Part shown: positions 26,634 to 32,000 of the stretch, piece by piece
Layout of the letters: each line of letters starts with the position of its first letter
Numbering within the stretch: position 1 is the first letter of the stretch
Assembly (NCBI RefSeq): GCF_000284115.1
Contig: NC_017080.1
Coordinates: 1,110,001 to 1,142,000, forward strand
DNA length: 32,000 nt
Direction of reading: 5' to 3'
Source of the DNA: Phycisphaera mikurensis NBRC 102666
Lineage (GTDB): Bacteria > Planctomycetota > Phycisphaerae > Phycisphaerales > Phycisphaeraceae
Notes under the pieces: generated by a model
What the model was told of the DNA's origin: nothing
Database searches by the model: none
The model's input: only the letters and a program-made list of their open reading frames with translations
Program-made: the position numbers and the translations under genes

Positions 26634-27446
26634 TCAGCGACGACGGCCCATCATCAGCAGCCCGCCAGCACCCAGAAGCGCCAGCGACGCGGGCTCGGGG
26701 ATCACGGCGTTGAAGTCATCGAAGCTGGTGGTTCCCACGCCGCCGTTCCCGCCCGCGACGCCGATCACGCCGAGCCGGTACTCGGTGTCTTCTTCCTGAA
26801 AGCCGGAGAACTGGGCACTGGTGATCGACTGGGACGCGGTGCCGGTGTCGAAGACGACGCTGCCGTTGACATCGGTGACGACGGCGGAGGTGTCGACCTG
26901 CCAGTCGTTGCCGCCGTTGTTGGTGACGGTCGAAGTCAGATCGACCTCCAGCGGGCCGCCGGAGAAGTTGGCAAGCACCGACTGCGAGATGGACTCCTGG
27001 AAGCGGGTGCCGGAGTTGGCGGTGAAGCGGATCCGGTCGTCGCTCCCGAGGAAGAAGACCGAGAGCCCGCTGATCACGCCGTCGTTCAGGGCGGACTTGT
27101 TGCCGTCGCTGGTGCCGATCTCGAAGATCGTGGCGCTGCCGCTGCTGCCGGACCCGTTGGCCAGCTGGCCGATGGTGAAGCTGACGTTGACGGTGCCTTC
27201 CGTGACCGCGGCGTTGATGCCCTTGGTCAGGTAGGCGCGGTCGCCGGAGAAGTTGTCTCCGCCGTCGTTGGCCTCGATCTGGCCGACGCCGGTGAGGGTC
27301 GCGTTGCCGGCGGTGACGGCGGTGTCCCAGTCGTACGGCGACACGCCGTCGAAGTCACTGGAGAAGTTGAGGCTGGCCGACGCACTCCCGGCGCATCCGA
27401 GGGCAAGGGCGAGGCAGGCGGTGGTGGTGGTGGGGAAAGGATGCAT
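26634..27446 (-). CDS. PEP-CTERM sorting-domain protein, beta-rich lectin-like ectodomain
   Basis: The C-terminus is [24 protein letters not shown] prefer the ATG at 27446 ([24 protein letters not shown]), which is preceded by GGAGG 9 nt upstream. The track start at 27470 would add 8 residues. Confidence 0.85.
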   Translation of the reverse strand: MHPFPTTTTACLALALGCAGSASASLNFSSDFDGVSPYDWDTAVTAGNATLTGVGQIEANDGGDNFSGDRAYLTKGINAAVTEGTVNVSFTIGQLANGSGSSGSATIFEIGTSDGNKSALNDGVISGLSVFFLGSDDRIRFTANSGTRFQESISQSVLANFSGGPLEVDLTSTVTNNGGNDWQVDTSAVVTDVNGSVVFDTGTASQSITSAQFSGFQEEDTEYRLGVIGVAGGNGGVGTTSFDDFNAVIPEPASLALLGAGGLLMMGRRR

Positions 27447-27494
27447 GTCTAGAAACCTCCGTGGGGACATCAGAAGGAAGCGAGAGGGCGGGCG

Positions 27495-28550
27495 TCAGGC
27501 CCGCGTGGAACGGGCAACGCTGCCCGTGCGGTGAAACTCGAAAGGCAGGACGACCGGGCTCCGCGGTGTGTCTGAAGCTCCGATCAGCGCCGTCAACTCC
27601 GCCACCGCCGCTGCGCCCATGCGGAAATGCGGGGTCAGGACGCGGTCGAGCGCGAAGTCTTCGCCGCTGGCGGCGTGGTTGTCGAAGGTGATCAGCGAGA
27701 GGTCTTCGGGCAGCCGCAGCGACAGCGACAACGCCGCCATCGCCATCACGCGGCCGTGCTCGTTGGAGCAGATCATCGCGGTGGGGCGGTCGGGCCGCTG
27801 GAGCATCCGCACGCACTCCTCGAAGAGGCGGCCGGGCGCGTACACGCCGCGGACGCGAGGACGAAGCGTCTCGATCCGGGGCTTGAGCCCCCGCTCCCGC
27901 ATCGCCCGGGCGTAGCCGACCCGCCGGTCGGCCACGCTGTAGTGGTGCTCCTCGCTGGTGAGGTCATCGGCTTCCGAAGCGCGGTCCACGAACCACGCGC
28001 TGCGGTGCCCGTGGTCGAGCACGAAGCGGGTCGCCTCCAAGGCGGCGCCTTCATCGGCGGGGTGGACGCAGTTGCTCTCGCGCTTGCGATTGATCCAGAA
28101 GGAGGGGATGTGGCAGCGGTCGATCAGGTCGCGGACCGTCGCCGGCGTGCCGAAGACGTAGTTGATCAGCAGGCCGTCGACGGCGTTCTCGCGGACGATC
28201 CGCGGGGCGCGGGCGTCGTCGTCGCCGCGGTGAAGCGGCGAGTCGATGACGTCGCGGAGCAGGCAGAGGCCTCGCTCATGGAGCGCGTGGTCGAGCCCGG
28301 CGTCGAACTCGGGGGCGTGCACCGAGCGGGAAAGCTCCGGGCTGCGGATCATCCCCAGGTAGCCGGTGCGGCCGTTGCGGGTCGCGGCGGCGGCCGCGTT
28401 GGGCCGGTAGCCGAGGGCGGCCGCGGCGGCGAAGACCCGCTGGCGGGTCGATTCCGCGACGCGGCCTTTGCCGCTGAAGGACCGCGACACCGTCATGTGC
28501 GTGACGCCGACGGCACGGGCGACGTCGTTGAGCGTGGGGGCGTTCGACAT
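27495..28550 (-). CDS. LacI-family transcriptional regulator (LacI-2)
   Basis: ORF 27495..28640 trimmed to the ATG at 28550 (cat 28548-28550). The HTH is MSNAPTLNDVARAVGVTHMTVSRSFSGKGRVAESTRQRVFAAAAALGYRPNAAAAATR. It shares GYRPNAAA.ATR.G with LacI-1. Confidence 0.85.
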   Translation of the reverse strand: MSNAPTLNDVARAVGVTHMTVSRSFSGKGRVAESTRQRVFAAAAALGYRPNAAAAATRNGRTGYLGMIRSPELSRSVHAPEFDAGLDHALHERGLCLLRDVIDSPLHRGDDDARAPRIVRENAVDGLLINYVFGTPATVRDLIDRCHIPSFWINRKRESNCVHPADEGAALEATRFVLDHGHRSAWFVDRASEADDLTSEEHHYSVADRRVGYARAMRERGLKPRIETLRPRVRGVYAPGRLFEECVRMLQRPDRPTAMICSNEHGRVMAMAALSLSLRLPEDLSLITFDNHAASGEDFALDRVLTPHFRMGAAAVAELTALIGASDTPRSPVVLPFEFHRTGSVARSTRA

Positions 28551-28612
28551 GCAGGGGGTCCGAGTGGACGAAGACGCGTCGGGAGCGACCGGAGCCGCAG
28601 CCGAGAGAGCCA

Positions 28613-28640
28613 ATGTTATCGTGAGAGCAACGGCTGTCAA
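28613..28640 (-). promoter_or_regulatory. Candidate sigma70-like promoter for LacI-2 and its operon (TTGACA-N16-TAACAT on the minus strand)
   Basis: On the minus strand, a consensus TTGACA lies at 28640-28635 and TAACAT at 28618-28613, with a 16-nt spacer. They sit inside the only AT-richer patch of the 176-bp divergent intergenic region, and would give a leader of about 55 nt to the ATG at 28550. Confidence 0.4.
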
Positions 28641-28726
28641 CCGGATCTTCTCCCGCCGCTGCGGTCGCCGGAGTCTCCCCCGTCGACGACGCTTTGATCC
28701 CGCTCGTCTCCGGCCAAACTCGAAGG

Positions 28727-30193
28727 ATGAACGCCCGCCCCAACGTCCTGTGGATCTGCACCGACAGCCAGCGGTGGGACACGCTGGGCTGCTACGGCAA
28801 CGGCTGGGTCGCCACGCCGAACCTCGACCGGCTCGCCGCCGGCGGCGTCCGTTTCGCCAACGCCTTCAGCCAGAGCCCGCTGTGTACGCCCAGCCGCGGG
28901 AGCTTCCTCACCGGCCGCTACCCGGTGACCAACCGCCTGCGGCAGAACGGGCAGGAGTGCCCGCCGGACCTGCGGCCGGTCACCCGCGACCTCGCGGACG
29001 CCGGCTACGCCTGCGGGCTTGTCGGCAAGCTGCACCTCAACCCCTGCGACCGCCGGCTGGCGCTGGGCCCGGACTGGTGGAAGAGCGACAAGCGGGACTG
29101 GTTCCGCGGGGCAGAGCCGCGGCTGGACGACGGGTACTCGGTGTTCGAGTGGGACCACGCCGCCAAGAGCGAGGACCCGGCGAGCGCCTACGGCCGCTGG
29201 CTCCGCGGCCGCGGGGTGAGCGTGCCGCTGGAGAAGCCGCCACGGGAGGATTGTGGATCCGTGCGGGTCGGCCCCTCGGTCGAGAACCACCAGAGCACCT
29301 GGGGCTGCGAGCGGGCGATGACCTTCGTCGAGAGCTACGCCGATGACCCGCACCCGTGGCTGCTGTCGCTGAATCTGTTCGACCCGCACTTCCCCTTCGA
29401 CCCGCCGCCGGAGCTGCTGGATCGCCACCTCGACCGGCTCGACGACATCCCCCTGCCGGTCGACGCGGACCGGGAGCCCGCGACGCACCCGGCGTGGCGG
29501 CGGCGTTGGGCGGAGCGCGACGCGGGCCGGAGCGAACGGGAGCACCGGCTGGTCCGCGCTGCCTACTGGGCGATGATCGACCTCCTCGACGCGCAGGTCG
29601 GCCGCCTGCTCGACACGCTCGACCGCACCGGGCAGAGAGAGGACACCCTGGTGATCTTCACCAGCGACCACGGCGAGATGCTCGGCGACCACGGGCTCTA
29701 CAAGAAGGGTCCGGCCCTGTACGAGCCCGCGGTGCACGTGCCGCTGATCCTCTCGCAGCCCGAGACGCTCCCGGCGGGGGAGGTCGTGGACGAGCTGGTG
29801 GAGCTTTCGGACCTGGTGCCGACGCTGCGGGAACGCTGCGGGCTGGAGCCGGGGGCCGCGGTGCAGGGCCGCTCGCTCGCGCCGCTGCTGGGCGGCGACG
29901 GTGACGGCGGCGACGGTCCCTGGCGCGACAGCGTCTACGCCGAGTACCTCAACGCGAATCCGGACGAGCCGCCGGTGTACCTGACGATGCTCCGCACCCG
30001 CGACGCGAAGCTGATCCGCTGCCACGGCGGCGAGGGCAGCGCGCTCTTCGACCTCGCGGCCGACCCGCACGAGCAGCGGAACCTCTGGGCCGATCCCGGG
30101 TCCGCCGCACGCAAGACCGACATGCTTCTCCGCCTCACCGACCGGCAGGCACGCACGGCCGATCCGCTGCCGCGCCGCGTCGGCGTCTTCTGA
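28727..30193 (+). CDS. Cys-type (formylglycine) sulfatase, no signal peptide
   Basis: I prefer the ATG at 28727 (MNARPNVLWICTDSQRWD); the track start at 28694 is a TTG. The sulfatase signature is CTPSRGSFLTGRYP, followed by FTSDHGEMLGDHG. The gene is divergent from LacI-2. Confidence 0.85.
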   Translation: MNARPNVLWICTDSQRWDTLGCYGNGWVATPNLDRLAAGGVRFANAFSQSPLCTPSRGSFLTGRYPVTNRLRQNGQECPPDLRPVTRDLADAGYACGLVGKLHLNPCDRRLALGPDWWKSDKRDWFRGAEPRLDDGYSVFEWDHAAKSEDPASAYGRWLRGRGVSVPLEKPPREDCGSVRVGPSVENHQSTWGCERAMTFVESYADDPHPWLLSLNLFDPHFPFDPPPELLDRHLDRLDDIPLPVDADREPATHPAWRRRWAERDAGRSEREHRLVRAAYWAMIDLLDAQVGRLLDTLDRTGQREDTLVIFTSDHGEMLGDHGLYKKGPALYEPAVHVPLILSQPETLPAGEVVDELVELSDLVPTLRERCGLEPGAAVQGRSLAPLLGGDGDGGDGPWRDSVYAEYLNANPDEPPVYLTMLRTRDAKLIRCHGGEGSALFDLAADPHEQRNLWADPGSAARKTDMLLRLTDRQARTADPLPRRVGVF

Positions 30194-30207
30194 AGCGAAG
30201 CCCCCGC

Positions 30208-32000
30208 ATGAAGCGACCGCACGACGCACGAACCGTTTGGCACCCCGGCAACGCGGATCCCGAGGCCGGGGTGGATTGGGTGACCTTCGAGCGCACGTTC
30301 GACCTTGACGGTCCGCCTGAGATCGCGCCGCTGTGCCTCTTCGCCACGCATCGGTACCGGCTGCGGGTGAACGGCCGGGTGGTGGCGTCGGGCCCCGCCC
30401 GCTACGTGCCGGGCACGGAGTGGCACGACGAGCTGGACCTGCGGCCGCACCTGCGAGCGGGCCGCAACCAGATCGTGGTGGCGTGCTGCTTCCTGGACAG
30501 TGTGAACTTCCAGCACGCGCGGGAGCCGCGGGGGCGGTTCCTCGCCTGGGGCGGGGTCCGGGAGGCTGGCAAAGAACCGGTCGATCTCGCCACGCCCGGA
30601 GCCTGGCGGTGCCGTCGTCCCTGCGGGCACGCGGCCGGTGCGCCTTCTTTCTCCTTCGCGATCGGCCCGGTCGAGGTGCTGGACACGCGGATCGCCGGCG
30701 GGGGTTGGCAGCGTCCCGAGCCGGTGCCCGCCTGCGCGGAGCCGCGGACCACGCCGCGCCTCACGCCGTACGCGACCGGGAAGATCGTGACGCCCGAGGC
30801 CGTGTTCGTGGCGGGTGTGGAGGCGAGCGAGACGCGCGTCGGCTACGTGAGCGTCGTCCGCGGGGTGGAGCCGGGGGAGCGGGAGGCGGTGCGACGCCAG
30901 GCCTCCCGCTACGCCCTCTGCCTGCACAGCCCGGAGACTCAGCGGGTGCCGTTGTTTCTGCACTGGGGGCCGCACTTCGTCAACGGCGTGGAGCTCGAGC
31001 CCGAGGACGTGCCCGGGCACGGGAACAAGCAGGCGGTGGAGGTGGAGCTGCGGGCGGGATGGAACCTCCTGTGCGGCGAGCCGCAGCAGGTGCAGCCGCG
31101 GCACCCGGTGATGATCGGCTGGCCGGAGGACGCGCAGCTGGCGGCGCGGTCGCGGCCGGACCCGGGCGATGCGGCCGCGCTCCGCTTCCTGGATCCCGAG
31201 GAGATCGACCCCGCCGCGTCGTGGCGCCGCGGCGCCCCGTCCCGCGTCGAGGACCTGCCGGGCGCGGCGTGGCGGACGCGGCCGCGCGGCGGCGTGCTCC
31301 CGCTTCCGGCGCGGGAGATGAGCTGGGACCGACCCGCCGCGGCGGAGGCGAAGCCGTCGCTGCCGGTCCGCCGGTCATCCGGCGGTGGCGCCTTCACCGC
31401 CGTGCTGGATTTCGCCGACGAGTTCCTCGGGCACGTGGTCGTGAAGATCGACGCGCCCGCGGGAACGATCGTCGACGTCGGCTGCGACGAGCGCCGCCGG
31501 GCCGACGGGTGCCTGGACTGGTTCGGCGCGAACCCCTTCGTCGACAGCGCCGATCGCTTCGTCGCCGCCGGGGGCCGGCAGACGCTGGAGACCTTCCACC
31601 CCCGCGGCGGCCGCTTCCTGCAGGTGACGCTGCGTCCGCCGGCGGCGGCGCCGGCGCCGGATCCGCGGTCCGCGGACCGCGGGCCGCTGAGCCTCGAAAG
31701 CGTCACGGTCCGCGACGCGCACTGCCCGCCCGCGTACGACCGGCCGGCTCCCCCGCTGCACGACGAGCTGCTCGCCTGGGCGTGGCGCACCGGGGTGAAC
31801 ACGCTGCGCGCGAGCACCGAGGAAGTTCACTGCGATTCGCCCTGGCGGGAGCGGGGCCTGTACCTGGGGGACGGCCACGTGCAGTCGATGGCGGAGACGC
31901 TGGTGACCACCGACGCCAGCCTCGGCCGCCGGGCGCTGCAGCTGTTCGCGGCGGGTCAGTTTCCCGACGGGCAGCTGCCCTGCGTCGTGCCCTCCTGGCT
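30208..32000 (+). CDS. GH78-like (alpha-L-rhamnosidase-type) six-hairpin glycosidase; 3' end lies outside the window
   Basis: Absent from the ORF track because there is no stop in the window. The frame is open from the ATG at 30208 (MKRPHDARTVWHPGNADPEAGVDWVTFERTF...) to 32000 and has GC-rich third positions. The N-terminal rhamnosidase-like beta-sandwich pattern is LFATHRYRLRVNGRVVASGP. The motif HCDSPWRERGLYLGDGH resembles the D-C-P-x-R-E-R-x-G-W-x-GD motif of GH78 catalytic domains. The start is 15 nt after the sulfatase stop. No signal peptide is present. Confidence 0.55.
   Translation, partial: MKRPHDARTVWHPGNADPEAGVDWVTFERTFDLDGPPEIAPLCLFATHRYRLRVNGRVVASGPARYVPGTEWHDELDLRPHLRAGRNQIVVACCFLDSVNFQHAREPRGRFLAWGGVREAGKEPVDLATPGAWRCRRPCGHAAGAPSFSFAIGPVEVLDTRIAGGGWQRPEPVPACAEPRTTPRLTPYATGKIVTPEAVFVAGVEASETRVGYVSVVRGVEPGEREAVRRQASRYALCLHSPETQRVPLFLHWGPHFVNGVELEPEDVPGHGNKQAVEVELRAGWNLLCGEPQQVQPRHPVMIGWPEDAQLAARSRPDPGDAAALRFLDPEEIDPAASWRRGAPSRVEDLPGAAWRTRPRGGVLPLPAREMSWDRPAAAEAKPSLPVRRSSGGGAFTAVLDFADEFLGHVVVKIDAPAGTIVDVGCDERRRADGCLDWFGANPFVDSADRFVAAGGRQTLETFHPRGGRFLQVTLRPPAAAPAPDPRSADRGPLSLESVTVRDAHCPPAYDRPAPPLHDELLAWAWRTGVNTLRASTEEVHCDSPWRERGLYLGDGHVQSMAETLVTTDASLGRRALQLFAAGQFPDGQLPCVVPSW

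Noticed and set aside
28637-30229. 530-aa minus-strand ORF opposite the second sulfatase, and the 29935..31104 minus-strand ORF opposite the GH78-like gene
   Set aside because: The + strand frames carry the sulfatase C-x-P-x-R signature and a GH78-like motif. The antisense products are featureless.

Overview
This is a very GC-rich (about 70% by eye) bacterial chromosomal segment. Its hallmarks are typical of Planctomycetota and related PVC bacteria, possibly a Phycisphaerae-like marine polysaccharide degrader; that taxonomic call is inference only. The hallmarks are three PEP-CTERM proteins, two prepilin-type ([10 protein letters not shown]) DUF1559/H-X9-DG proteins, Cys-type sulfatases and many glycoside hydrolases. 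I support 23 protein-coding genes. Two long minus-strand gene strings share one architecture: LacI-family regulator first, then a PEP-CTERM beta-rich protein, then an orphan pseudopilin, then degradative enzymes. String A (1-8492) carries two GH10 paralogs and a lyase-like gene. String B (17611-28550) carries a sulfatase, two unclassified secreted GH-like proteins and a GH36-like enzyme, with a divergent sulfatase plus GH78-like pair at 28727-32000. Between the strings lies a housekeeping block: CDGSH Fe-S protein, alanine racemase, a beta-helix PEP-CTERM protein, a small His-rich membrane protein, a YhaM-like OB/HD nuclease, a TM-anchored C39-like peptidase and pyruvate phosphate dikinase. 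Non-coding structure includes a REP-like palindrome family (CCGCGGACCG[T/C]-N20-24-[A/G]CGGTCCGCGG), always just 3' of minus-strand genes. It also includes an 18-bp tandem mini-hairpin array and a hexanucleotide microsatellite upstream of LacI-1, strong hairpins at convergent junctions, and AT-rich sigma70-like promoter islands. I saw no rRNA, tRNA, CRISPR array, transposase or integrase. All family assignments come from motif recognition by eye; no database search was run. Most long ORFs in the track that lie opposite these genes are high-GC shadow ORFs.
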